From the NCBI GenBank assembly GCA_031551355.1, contig JAVBNT010000001.1, forward strand, positions 64,477 through 128,476: a stretch of 64,000 nt of DNA, written 5' to 3'. Source of the DNA: Candidatus Xenobia bacterium. GTDB lineage: Bacteria; Vulcanimicrobiota; CADAWZ01. This document shows, in pieces, positions 37,245-47,400 of this stretch. Every line of letters starts with the position of its first letter. Position 1 is the stretch's first letter. The notes under the pieces were generated by a model. It worked only from the letters and a program-made list of their open reading frames with translations. It was not told the DNA's origin and did no database searches. The translations under genes and the position numbers were made by a program.

Positions 37245-39094
37245 TACCAAAAGGTTACAGAGCTACAGATTTAGGCCTTTTGCCTGAGGGTTGGGACATT
37301 GTTAAAATTGGTGATATCACGACTGCAAAAGCTGGCGGAACACCTTCTACACTAATACCCCATTATTGGGGTGGAAGTATTCCGTGGATGAGTTCGGGCG
37401 AACTACATCAAAAGCGCATACGGAATGTTGTGGGCAGAATTACAGTTGATGGATTAAACAACTCAAGTACCCATATGATACCTCACAAATGTGTCTTAGT
37501 TGGTTTGGCAGGGCAAGGTAAAACGAGAGGTACAGCAGCTATTAACTATATTGAGCTATGTACAAATCAGTCAATTGCTGCAATATATCCATCTGATAAT
37601 CATGTAAGCGAGTATCTTTACCAGAATATTGATAGTCGTTATTCTGAGTTGAGAGAATTGTCAACTGGAGACGGTGGGAGAGGCGGCTTAAATTTAAAAA
37701 TCATCCTCAATATTCCCTTCCCATATCCTCCGTTGCCCGAGCAAGCCGCCATTGCCGAAGCTCTTTCCGATGCGGATAGCTTGATTGCATCCATTGAAAA
37801 GCTGATAGCAAAGAAAAAGGCCATTAAGCAGGGCGCTATGCAGGAGCTTCTCACAGGCAAAAAACGCCTGCCGGGGTTTAGTGGGGAGTGGTTTGAAACT
37901 TCACTCGGCGAATTATGCTATCTTGTGACAAAACAGACCGGGTTTGATTACACAGCGACTATAAAGCCCTCACTGTCTATTAAAAAGAGACAGGGGTATA
38001 TACCATTTATTCAAAACAAAGATTTTCAAGGATATGTTATTAATAACGATACCGATTTTTTCATTCCATTAATAGTAGCACAGGCATTCCCTAAAATTTT
38101 GCTCAATGAGCCGTGTTTGCTTATTTCGATCTCTGGGCGCATAGGAAACGTAGGATACTATGATAAATCGGAACTTGCATTTATTGGAGGTGCAGTTTGC
38201 ATCGCTCGATTCAAAAATATGAATCATGCTAAATGGGTGATGATTTACTTGCAATCCAGTAAAGGTCAAGTGCAGATATTTGCTAATGAAAAGTCAGGTG
38301 CCCAGCATAACCTTACGATTGCTGACATCCGAAACCTTATAATACCTATGCCAAACGAAAATGAACAAACCGCAATCACTTCTTTTCTTTCTGATATGGA
38401 CATCGAAATAGAGCAACTTGAAAAGAAGCTGGCGAAATACCACCTAATCAAGCAGGGCATGATGCAGGAGCTTCTAACGGGGCGGATACGGCTGATTGAG
38501 ACTGACAAAAAGGCTGAATCTGCACCAAAAGGACACAATCAACATTATGACGACGCCATTGCCATATCCGCGATTGTCAACGCATTTTATGATGACAGGT
38601 TTATTCTTGGGCGCGTGAAAGTACAAAAGCTCTTGTATTTGCTGCGCCGCAAGCAGGATGCCGATGTGTCCGCTTTCAAGAAGAAGGCGGCAGGGCCCTA
38701 CAATGAGGAAGCGCGATACAAGGGCGGCGAATCGATTGCTGTCAAGAGCGGATATATAGCAGTTGAACGCAGCGATAAGGGATCGAAGTTCAGCAAAGGT
38801 GGCAGTATAGCTGCTGCTTTGAAGTATGTTGACAATATGCAATCGGATATCGATTGGTTGGTTGAAAAGTTCAGGTTTTACAACACAAACAAGGAAACCA
38901 AAAACCTTGAAGTGCTGGCAACGGTGGATATGGCCGCCTGTGAACTTGAGAAGGATGGTAAGGCGGTTAATCTTGATGCTGTCAAGGATGTGATCCGTTC
39001 CAACAAGGAATGGGCGCCGAAGTTGCAAAAGACATATTTTACGGATCCGGCAATCAATCAGGCAATACTTGAAAGCAAGGAGCTTTTCAGTTGA
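37238..39094 (+). CDS. hsdS: Type I RM specificity subunit HsdS (two target-recognition domains) fused to a ~190-aa C-terminal Panacea/DUF4065-like domain. ATG overlaps the hsdM stop (ATGGTAA).
   Basis: Conserved central and distal repeats (LPEQAAIAEAL...IKQGAMQELLTGKKRL and EQTAITSFL...IKQGMMQELLTGRIRL). The tail carries the VKVQKLLYLL...GPY motif characteristic of DUF4065. Confidence 0.75.
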   Translation: MVIPKGYRATDLGLLPEGWDIVKIGDITTAKAGGTPSTLIPHYWGGSIPWMSSGELHQKRIRNVVGRITVDGLNNSSTHMIPHKCVLVGLAGQGKTRGTAAINYIELCTNQSIAAIYPSDNHVSEYLYQNIDSRYSELRELSTGDGGRGGLNLKIILNIPFPYPPLPEQAAIAEALSDADSLIASIEKLIAKKKAIKQGAMQELLTGKKRLPGFSGEWFETSLGELCYLVTKQTGFDYTATIKPSLSIKKRQGYIPFIQNKDFQGYVINNDTDFFIPLIVAQAFPKILLNEPCLLISISGRIGNVGYYDKSELAFIGGAVCIARFKNMNHAKWVMIYLQSSKGQVQIFANEKSGAQHNLTIADIRNLIIPMPNENEQTAITSFLSDMDIEIEQLEKKLAKYHLIKQGMMQELLTGRIRLIETDKKAESAPKGHNQHYDDAIAISAIVNAFYDDRFILGRVKVQKLLYLLRRKQDADVSAFKKKAAGPYNEEARYKGGESIAVKSGYIAVERSDKGSKFSKGGSIAAALKYVDNMQSDIDWLVEKFRFYNTNKETKNLEVLATVDMAACELEKDGKAVNLDAVKDVIRSNKEWAPKLQKTYFTDPAINQAILESKELFS

Positions 39095-39125
39095 CGGATG
39101 CCTGTATCGATGAGGAGGGCTCTAT

Positions 39126-42100
39126 ATGAGCGTCGGTGTAAGAGAAAAGAAAACGCAGGAGCGGGTCATCAAGCTCTTTGTGAATGAGCTGAGATATACT
39201 TATCTCGGTGATTTTACCGACCGCCCAAACAACTCCAACATCGAGCAGGAATATCTGCGTGCTTTTTTGCAAAAGCAAGGGTATTCCGATGTTCTCATTG
39301 ACCGTGCAATACGAGAGCTTGTCAACACGGCAGGCAACCAGCAGCTAAGCCTATATGACCTGAACAAAGCTACGTATGCCTTGCTCCGTTACGGCGCAAA
39401 GGTCAGCGAGAGCGTGGGACTGCATAATGTTACGGTTAATTATGTGAATTGGAACAAGCCGCTTGAAAACGACTTTTACATTGCCGAGGAAGTTACCTAC
39501 TATGGCAAGCAGCAGAAACGCCCGGATTTAGTGCTTTATATCAACGGCATTGCCTTTGGCGTTATAGAGCTAAAACGCAGCACAGTATCTATGTCTGAAG
39601 GAATACGCCAAAACCTCACCAATCAGCGCAAAGAATTTATTATGCCGTTCTTTGCCACGATTGGCATTATCATGGCGGGCAACGATTCCGAGGGGCTTCG
39701 CTATGGCGTTATAGGCACGCCTGAAAAGTATTTTCTCTCTTGGCGTGAGGATGAAACCGCCATGGATAAAGTATCTGTATCCATCCGCAAGACAAACGAA
39801 GGCTACCCCATTAAACTGGACAAAAATCTGATTTCGCTTTGCAGCAAAGAGCGTTTTGTTGAGATTCTACATAATTTCATTGTCTATGACGGTGGAACGA
39901 AAAAGACCTGCCGGCCCAATCAATTCTTTGGCGTTAAGGCTGCGCAGGACTATATTGAGCGGCGTGCAGGCGGCATCATTTGGCATACACAGGGATCAGG
40001 CAAATCGCTGACGATGGTGTGGCTTAGCAAGTGGGTCAAGGAAAATGTGCCCGATAGCAGGATTTTGATTGTTACTGACCGAGATGAACTGGATACGCAG
40101 ATTGAGCGAGTGTATAAAGGCGTGGATGAAAAAATCGTCCGCACTAAAAGCGGGCGCGATCTGGTAAATAAAATCAATGATACTTCGCCATCGCTTATGT
40201 GCTCACTGATCCATAAGTTTGGAAGGCGTGGCGGTGAAGCGTCAGAAAAAGACTATGAGAGCTTTATTGAGGAAGTAAAAGCCGCGTTGCCACAAAACTT
40301 TTCACCTAAGGGAGATTTCTATGTTTTTGTGGACGAGTGCCACCGAACACAGTCCGGCAGACTGCATAAAGCAATGAACATTATTCTGCCCAATGTTGTC
40401 TTTGTCGGCTTTACAGGAACGCCGCTGATGAAAAAGGACAAACTCACGAGCCTTGAAATATTTGGTCCGTATATTCATAAATACAAGTTTGACGAGGCCG
40501 TGCGAGATAGGGTTGTGCTTGACTTACGGTATGAAGCGCGCGAAGTGGAACAGGATGTCGTTTCACAGGAAAAAATTGACGCTTGGTTTGAATCAAAAAC
40601 GAGTGGTCTTAGCGATGTTGCGAAGGCAAGACTGAAAAAACGATGGGGCAATCTGCAAAAGGTATTTAGCTCAAAGGCACGGCTTGGTGTTATTGCGTCT
40701 GATATTATCTTTGATATGGAGACAAAATCACGGTTGCGTGAAGATGGGCGTGGTAATGCTATGTTGGTTGCCAGCAGCATTTATCAGGCGTGTAAATACT
40801 ACGAAATATTTCAGGATAGTGGCTTAAAGAAATGCGCCATAGTAACATCTTACGTTCCGAACCCTGGCGATTTGAGGACGGAAACGGTCGGTGAAGATGG
40901 CGAGACTGAAACCGCAGAGCAATATGAGATTTACCGTAAGATGTTGGACGGCAAAGATGCTGATACCTTTGAAGCGGCAGTCAAGCAGAAGTTTGTGGAG
41001 CAGCCCGACCAAATGAAATTGCTTATTGTAGTTGATAAGTTGTTGACCGGATTTGATGCACCAGCCGCCACATATCTTTACATTGATAAATCAATGAGGG
41101 ATCATGGTCTTTTTCAAGCGATTTGTAGGGTTAACCGCCTTGATGGTGAAGACAAGGATTTTGGTTTTATCATCGATTACAAAGATTTGTTCCGTTCCCT
41201 TGAAAAAGCTGTAGAGGACTATACTTCAGAGGCATTTGATAATTATGATGCGGCAGATGTATCTGGTCTGCTCAATAATCGCCTTGACAAAGCAAAAGAA
41301 CAGCTTGATGATGCGCTGGAAGCGCTTCGCGCACTCTGCGAGCCCGTAGCTGTGCCCAAAGATGATATTGACTTTATACACTATTTCTGTGGCAGAGATT
41401 CCGAGGCGTTTGATTTAGATGAGCTTGAAGATAATATGCCCAAGCGGGAGCAGCTCTATGAGCTTTCGGCTACGGTTATGCGTGCTTTTTCTGAGGTGTC
41501 CGGGGAGCTGAAAGAGAAATATTCATATACTTCGGAACAAGTAAAGGCGCTTGATGGTGAACTACATTACTTTGTTAAAGTGCGGGATGTCGTTCGTGTT
41601 GCCAGCAGGGATTATATTGATCTTAAAGGTTATGATCCTGATATGCGGCATTTGATTGACACCTATCTTTCAGCCTATCCAAGCCGTGTTCTTTCTTCGT
41701 TTGGTGATATTCCGCTGGTTCAGCTTCTTGTTGAACGTGGAATTGATGCGGTCAAAGATATGCCTGCCAAGACTAAGAAGGAACAAGAGGCCGTTGCTGA
41801 GACAATTGAAAACAATGTGCAGAAAGAAATCGTTGAAAAACGCCAGAGTAATCCCAAATACTATGAAAAAATGTCCGCCTTGTTGCGTGAGCTTATTGAG
41901 CAGCGGCGCAATGAGGTTATCAATTATGAGGACTATCTTAAACGAATCGTAGAGTTGGCGAAAGATATTCGTCAGCCGGAAAGCACCTCGCGCTATCCTG
42001 AATGTATTAAGAATAGCGCTGCGATGCGGGCACTTTATGATAATTTAGATGGAGATGAAGAACTTGCTGTTAGTGTTCACCAGGCTATCCTTGAAGCACG

Positions 42101-42230
42101 GTTAGATGGTTTTAGAGGGAACATTGTGAAGGAGAGAAAGATACGCCGCGCAATTGAAGCAGCTTTGCATGGTGATAAAGCAAAGGCGGAGGAATTGATG
42201 AAAATTGTAAATGAGCAGGGTGAATATTGA
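39126..42230 (+). CDS. hsdR: Type I restriction endonuclease subunit HsdR.
   Basis: 1034 aa. HsdR N-terminal nuclease region, helicase motifs (WHTQGSGKSLTMV Walker A, DECHRTQ DEAH-like box, FTGTPL). Confidence 0.9.
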   Translation: MSVGVREKKTQERVIKLFVNELRYTYLGDFTDRPNNSNIEQEYLRAFLQKQGYSDVLIDRAIRELVNTAGNQQLSLYDLNKATYALLRYGAKVSESVGLHNVTVNYVNWNKPLENDFYIAEEVTYYGKQQKRPDLVLYINGIAFGVIELKRSTVSMSEGIRQNLTNQRKEFIMPFFATIGIIMAGNDSEGLRYGVIGTPEKYFLSWREDETAMDKVSVSIRKTNEGYPIKLDKNLISLCSKERFVEILHNFIVYDGGTKKTCRPNQFFGVKAAQDYIERRAGGIIWHTQGSGKSLTMVWLSKWVKENVPDSRILIVTDRDELDTQIERVYKGVDEKIVRTKSGRDLVNKINDTSPSLMCSLIHKFGRRGGEASEKDYESFIEEVKAALPQNFSPKGDFYVFVDECHRTQSGRLHKAMNIILPNVVFVGFTGTPLMKKDKLTSLEIFGPYIHKYKFDEAVRDRVVLDLRYEAREVEQDVVSQEKIDAWFESKTSGLSDVAKARLKKRWGNLQKVFSSKARLGVIASDIIFDMETKSRLREDGRGNAMLVASSIYQACKYYEIFQDSGLKKCAIVTSYVPNPGDLRTETVGEDGETETAEQYEIYRKMLDGKDADTFEAAVKQKFVEQPDQMKLLIVVDKLLTGFDAPAATYLYIDKSMRDHGLFQAICRVNRLDGEDKDFGFIIDYKDLFRSLEKAVEDYTSEAFDNYDAADVSGLLNNRLDKAKEQLDDALEALRALCEPVAVPKDDIDFIHYFCGRDSEAFDLDELEDNMPKREQLYELSATVMRAFSEVSGELKEKYSYTSEQVKALDGELHYFVKVRDVVRVASRDYIDLKGYDPDMRHLIDTYLSAYPSRVLSSFGDIPLVQLLVERGIDAVKDMPAKTKKEQEAVAETIENNVQKEIVEKRQSNPKYYEKMSALLRELIEQRRNEVINYEDYLKRIVELAKDIRQPESTSRYPECIKNSAAMRALYDNLDGDEELAVSVHQAILEARLDGFRGNIVKERKIRRAIEAALHGDKAKAEELMKIVNEQGEY

Positions 42231-42937
42231 TGATCGACTTGAATGTTGGCGGGGTTGATATATCTGCTGAAAAGAAGCAAATTAAAAATATGTATATACG
42301 GGTTCTTCCCCCTAATGGCAAGGTCAAGATAACTGCACCAATCTCAGCTACAGAAGATGCAATCCGAATGTTCGCGGTATCTCGTATTGCTTGGATTAAA
42401 AAGCAGCGCCAAAAGTTTGTAGAACAACCAAGACAGACTGAGCGTAAATATGTGACTGGTGAAAGCTATTATTTATGGGGAAAACGGTATCGCTTGAATG
42501 TCATATGTAGTAATGTTAGAAATGATATTTATATAAGCGGTCAAAAAATAGTCTTACAAGTGCGAAAAGACAGTACACCGCAGCAACGTGCCAATGTAAT
42601 GGACGAATGGTATAGAGAAGTATTGAAAAATGCTATTCCTCCAGTATTTGAGAAGTGTGAGAGGCTTGTCGGGGTTAAGGCAAAAGAGTGGCAAGTGAAA
42701 AACATGAGAACCAAATGGGGTACATGCAATATACAGGCAAAACGTATCTGGCTCAATTTGCAATTGGCTAAAAAAACGCCGGAATGCCTTGAATATGTAA
42801 TAATCCACGAGCTTGTTCATCTATTGGAGAAAAACCATAATGATGTTTTTAAACAGCACATGGAGAGGTTTTTTCCCAACTGGAGGACTGTGAAAGCTAA
42901 TCTGAATGAGCAGATGCTGGAGTATATGGACGAATAG
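42227..42937 (+). CDS. DUF45/YgjP-family (WLM/M48-like) zinc metallopeptidase, commonly encoded next to hsdR.
   Basis: 236 aa. HExxH motif IIHELVHLLEKNHNDVF. 4-nt overlap with hsdR. Confidence 0.75.
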   Translation: MMIDLNVGGVDISAEKKQIKNMYIRVLPPNGKVKITAPISATEDAIRMFAVSRIAWIKKQRQKFVEQPRQTERKYVTGESYYLWGKRYRLNVICSNVRNDIYISGQKIVLQVRKDSTPQQRANVMDEWYREVLKNAIPPVFEKCERLVGVKAKEWQVKNMRTKWGTCNIQAKRIWLNLQLAKKTPECLEYVIIHELVHLLEKNHNDVFKQHMERFFPNWRTVKANLNEQMLEYMDE

Positions 42938-43075
42938 AAACGTAAACCAGAGCCTTTGAAATATGATTTAGAAGGTTTTTGGAGTCGTCGCATAACCGAG
43001 GAACATAGACTGATATATTGCATTAAAGAGGATTGTATTTATATGGCAAAATGCAGAATGCATTATCATAAATGA
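42938..43075 (+). pseudogene. yoeB: Remnant of a YoeB/Txe-family toxin gene (C-terminal ~45 codons only, no start, no antitoxin).
   Basis: Translation KPEPLKYDLEGFWSRRITEEHRLIYCIKEDCIYMAKCRMHYHK* matches the YoeB C-terminus (KPEPLK..LSG.WSRRI..EHRLVY...CRYHY). Confidence 0.6.
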
Positions 43076-43319
43076 GATTTAAAAAATCAGTAAATTGGTT
43101 TTTATTCATCCGGATCTCACATTCAAAAATCAAATAAAAAAATTAGGCGTTCAAATTGATGAAGAACCTTATTATAGTTTAGAAAAAATAAATGCAGTCA
43201 ATTGCTTCTGTAGGCTAAGGCAAAACGGAGCACCACGAGTGAGGCGTAGGTGTTTCTACGTTGAACGAGGGTGACTCTGTTTTGACGACGCATACAGATG
43301 TAATTCACTGCATTTTTAT

Positions 43320-44453
43320 TTAGTAGTCGCCTGTTGGCGGCAGTATCCCACCCGTCGAAACTGAATATTTTTCTTTTTCTTCAAACACTTCGGTAATTTT
43401 TTTAATGCCTTTGATAGCCATTGAAAGCTTATCCGGGAATGATTCCAGATCACGCAGCACCGATTTTACTTCCGAAAGGCTTGAGGTGAATTTTCCGGCA
43501 ATACGGAAATCGCGTATGGCGATAGCCGATAAATTGGCCATATCGGTCAGCAGCTTTGTATGTTCGTTGGTAAAGAAATTCTCGGCGCTGTGTTCAAAAT
43601 TTAAAACGGCGATAACTTCCTGCCCGTCGATGATCGGTATTACCAGTTCACTGCTCATCTCGCCAAGATACGACTTGTAAAGGTTGGCATAAATTTCGTC
43701 TTTAATATTGCCGATGTTTACGACTCTTTTTTCCCGGACAGCAATACCGCTGATACAGTTGTCGATGTTTACGACTGTTGACATCGGTTTTTCTTTTCCC
43801 GTTGTGGCGGCAATGACGAGTAAATCCCCCTCTTTTAAAAGCAACTGGCCGGATCTCCCGTTGATGAGCTTTAGGGCACCGGATATTATCTGGTTATAGA
43901 CTTTGTCCGGATCATCAAGGCAGGAAGCCAGGCTCTTTTCAATTTCCGCAAGTGTTTTTTGCTGTGCGTATAGGCTGGCTATTTTTATTGTATGTGATGC
44001 CTGCAGAGCCAGGGTGGAGATTGTTCTGGCAGTATCTTCGTTAAATGCGTTTTGTTTGTTGCTTTCAACATTTAAGACGCCTAAAATTTTACCGCCCTGC
44101 ATCAGCGGGACTGCCAGCTCGCTTGCGGAGTCTACAAAGAAACGGTTATATCTTTTGTCCTCAAGTACATTGCCGAGAACGAGAGTCTGCCGGTTTTTTA
44201 CGACTTCACCGCAGAGGCATTCGTCTACCGAAATTCTGGTGTCAATCCCGGTATTGTTTGTCGACGCGGCTATTTTCAGGTCATAGCCGTCGTAAAGCAG
44301 TATCTGCCCGTATGTTCCGCCGCTTAGTTCCAGTGCTTTGTCGATGATTATTTTTAAAACCGATTTTAATGAAAAGTCGGATGTTATCAGAAAGTTGTTA
44401 ATTTCGTCAATAGAGGCAAGAAGTTTTAGCAAATCATTGTTGTCCTGTTTCAC
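43320..44453 (-). CDS. Stand-alone tandem GAF-domain protein, no output domain.
   Basis: 377 aa. Two GAF-like blocks (GGTYGQILLYDG... and GRSGQLLLKEG...) with a ~110-aa C-terminal tail. Confidence 0.6.
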   Translation of the reverse strand: MKQDNNDLLKLLASIDEINNFLITSDFSLKSVLKIIIDKALELSGGTYGQILLYDGYDLKIAASTNNTGIDTRISVDECLCGEVVKNRQTLVLGNVLEDKRYNRFFVDSASELAVPLMQGGKILGVLNVESNKQNAFNEDTARTISTLALQASHTIKIASLYAQQKTLAEIEKSLASCLDDPDKVYNQIISGALKLINGRSGQLLLKEGDLLVIAATTGKEKPMSTVVNIDNCISGIAVREKRVVNIGNIKDEIYANLYKSYLGEMSSELVIPIIDGQEVIAVLNFEHSAENFFTNEHTKLLTDMANLSAIAIRDFRIAGKFTSSLSEVKSVLRDLESFPDKLSMAIKGIKKITEVFEEKEKYSVSTGGILPPTGDY

Positions 44454-44456
44454 TTT

Positions 44457-47400
44457 TTATCTCTCCATGTTTATTTTATTATATCTCCTGAACGGAACCT
44501 CAAGTTTGTTTCCGGTAGCTTTACGTGAAGCTTTGGGCATTGTTTCCGTTATGAACCCGGTAAGATATGCGGGATTATTTATTTTCGATTCTATTTTTTC
44601 CATTTCCCCAGCCGGAATTAAATTTTTACCGTCTCCGCCGGCTATTTTATTCAATATTTCCGTGATCGGCTCATCCGCCAGCGGCTTTACCGATTGGCTG
44701 ATATTTTTTTCCGTATAATTAAATGCGGTTACGGTACCGCCGGTTTCAGCCGTCGTTGTCAGCGGCAGTATCACATCGGCTTTTTGTGTGAATTCCGAAT
44801 GATACAGTGAACATACCGCCAGGAATTCCAGTCCGCTTAAACTGCTTTTTATCTGCGCAGCCGGCAGATCTTCACCGATAAACAAAGCGCCTTTAAATTC
44901 CGCTAAATTCATTTTGCTTTTAGCTGCCGGCAGTTTGCTTTGCCATAATTTTTCGAAAATTTCTCTGTCCTGCGGTTCTTCCAGAGACCTGAATCCCGGA
45001 AGCATTCCCGGCCAGGCTCCCCATTTTTTCAGACCATCGTTATTGGCTCCGTCTTCGAGCAATATCAAACCTTTGCCGTTACCGGATACGGAATTTGTTA
45101 AAAGCATAAGGTTCAATATTTCCATAATACAGCCGTCTTTGGTGTTGGTGTCATAAATGAAAGTAATTTTAGGCGAATTTTCAATCAGCGTATTCGCTGT
45201 TGTTCTAAGGCTTTGCTCGTCTATACCTAAAAAAGCAATATCTTTTATTGAGTTAAGATGTTTTACAAAACCATCGCTGTTTTTTATTTCCGCCATACGT
45301 TTGTTCACTGCGGCGTCGCCGCTTGCGGTGATAAATTTCGAGATGACTAAGAAGAATTTACCCAGCGTCCCGTTTTCCGGTTCTATTATGTCGTATGCAA
45401 TATTTTTAAGCTTTGTATCGGTATCTCCGACAATTATAAGTTTGGCGCCGTTTTTTACGGCACTCCTTATCTTCCAGTTTACGGCGGGAACTGTTTTGCC
45501 CGCCGAGGCACCGGTCAGAATAATTATATCCGACTGTTCAAGCCTGTCAAGTGAAGCTGTTGAGATGACAGGGCTGTTTTTGACGGTAAAATCCTGATGG
45601 TACTTGTCATATTTGTGTCTGAAGGAGAAAACATTGTCTGTTCCGATAATTCCCTTAGCCAGTTTTACTGCGGCGTAGACAGCAGCGGAAGGCATCGTAG
45701 GCGAAATAAAAACAGCAATTGAATCCGGAGTATATTTTTTTGCGATCTCTTTAAGTTTTTCCGAGACATTTTTGCATGCATCGCCGACGGATGCCTTTGC
45801 TAACATTCCGTCTTTATTTTTTATGCCGGCCCCTGTGATTCTGTCTGTGTCAAAAAAGCGGTTCATTGCAAAACGGCCGTATTTGCATAGATAATCTCCG
45901 TCTCCGTTTACTTTATCCCTTGCCGGGCTGACTCTGACAAATCTGCCGTAGGAGCTGAGACTTATCTCACAAAGAGCATTACAGAACATGCAGTTGCTTT
46001 TTTCTCTGTCCGACTCAAACGGGAAATATCCTTCCTTGTCTGAAATAGCGCCGGTAGGGCAGGAGTCAAGACAGTTTCCGCAGCTGATACAGGTACTTTC
46101 CGCAAGTTTTTTGTCCATTTCCGGAATAATGGCACTGACAAAGCCCCTGTTTCGCAGTCCGAGAACGGAATATCCGAGGATATTCTCACATGTTTTTATA
46201 CATCTTTGACATTTGATGCATTTACTATTGTCCAAAATTATATTCGGATGACTGCGATCTGCCGGATTATTTTCCCTGTTTCCGGAGGTGTAAGCGGATG
46301 AAACACTGTATTGGGAAGCATATTTTTTCAGCAGACAGTATAGTGTGGCACTGCAGCCGCATTCCAGACAGCGTTTTGATTCCGCTGCCGCTTTGGCCGG
46401 ACTCAGACTTGTTTCGGTTTCCATAAAATCTGTTGCCCGTATTCTGGCCGGTCTTTGCTCCATCTCGGCACGTTTGGCTTTGGGAACTTCGGGAACGGAT
46501 TTTTCAGTCAGCGGACCGAAAAAATCTTTGGAGACATAAAATCCCTTGTCATTTTCCACAGCTATTATTGCCGTTAAGGCTTTTTTGCCGGAAGCAATGG
46601 CTTCTATAACTGTCGACGGGCCGGTGACGGCGTCTCCTCCGGCAAATATATTGACTGACGATGTCTGCTGATTTTTGGCCGCTTGTATACGGCCTCTGCT
46701 GGCAACGACATTTTCCGGAAGAAAATCAAAATTGGAACTTTGTCCCGTAGCGGTGATGACCAGATCGAATTTTTTTATAAATTCGGATCCGGCTATTTCC
46801 ACGGGACGTCTTCTGCCGCTTTCATCCGCTTCTCCAAGCTGCATTTTTATGCATTCAAGTCCGGTTATTTTAGAATTTTCATTTAACACTTTTTTAGGCG
46901 CCGTCAGCAGCAGCAGCTTTACGCCTTCCTTTTTTGCGGCGTCGATCTCTTCATGATGAGCCGGCATTTCATCTTCCGTTCTGCGGTATATGATTGTGAC
47001 TTCGGATGCTTTGAGGCGTATCGCCGTTCTGGAAGCGTCTATTGCCGTGTTGCCGCCGCCGATAACCGCTACTTTCAAACCGGTAAGATCATTGTTTTCA
47101 TCAGTATATGCTTTTCTCAGAAAATCAAGGCCGCTTGTAACGGAAGCGCCGTTTTCGATACCGGCATCGCTTGCTTTCCAGGCTCCGCATGCTACGAAAA
47201 AGTAATCAAAAGATTTTTTTATTTCTTCAAATTGCAGGTTTGTTCCCAGAGCAGTATTATATTTAAACGAAACGCCCATATCTTCTATGGCTTTAATCTC
47301 CAGATCCAGAAGCTCTTTCGGCAGTCTGTAGGAAGGTATCCCGTAACGCAGCATACCCCCGGCCTGAGGCATAGCCTCAAATACCGTAACGTTATAACCG

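Noticed and set aside
43081-43319. Searched for att-like direct repeats flanking the RM island (33.7 kb vs 43.2 kb).
   Set aside because: No convincing direct repeat of 12 bp or more was found by eye. This needs computational alignment.
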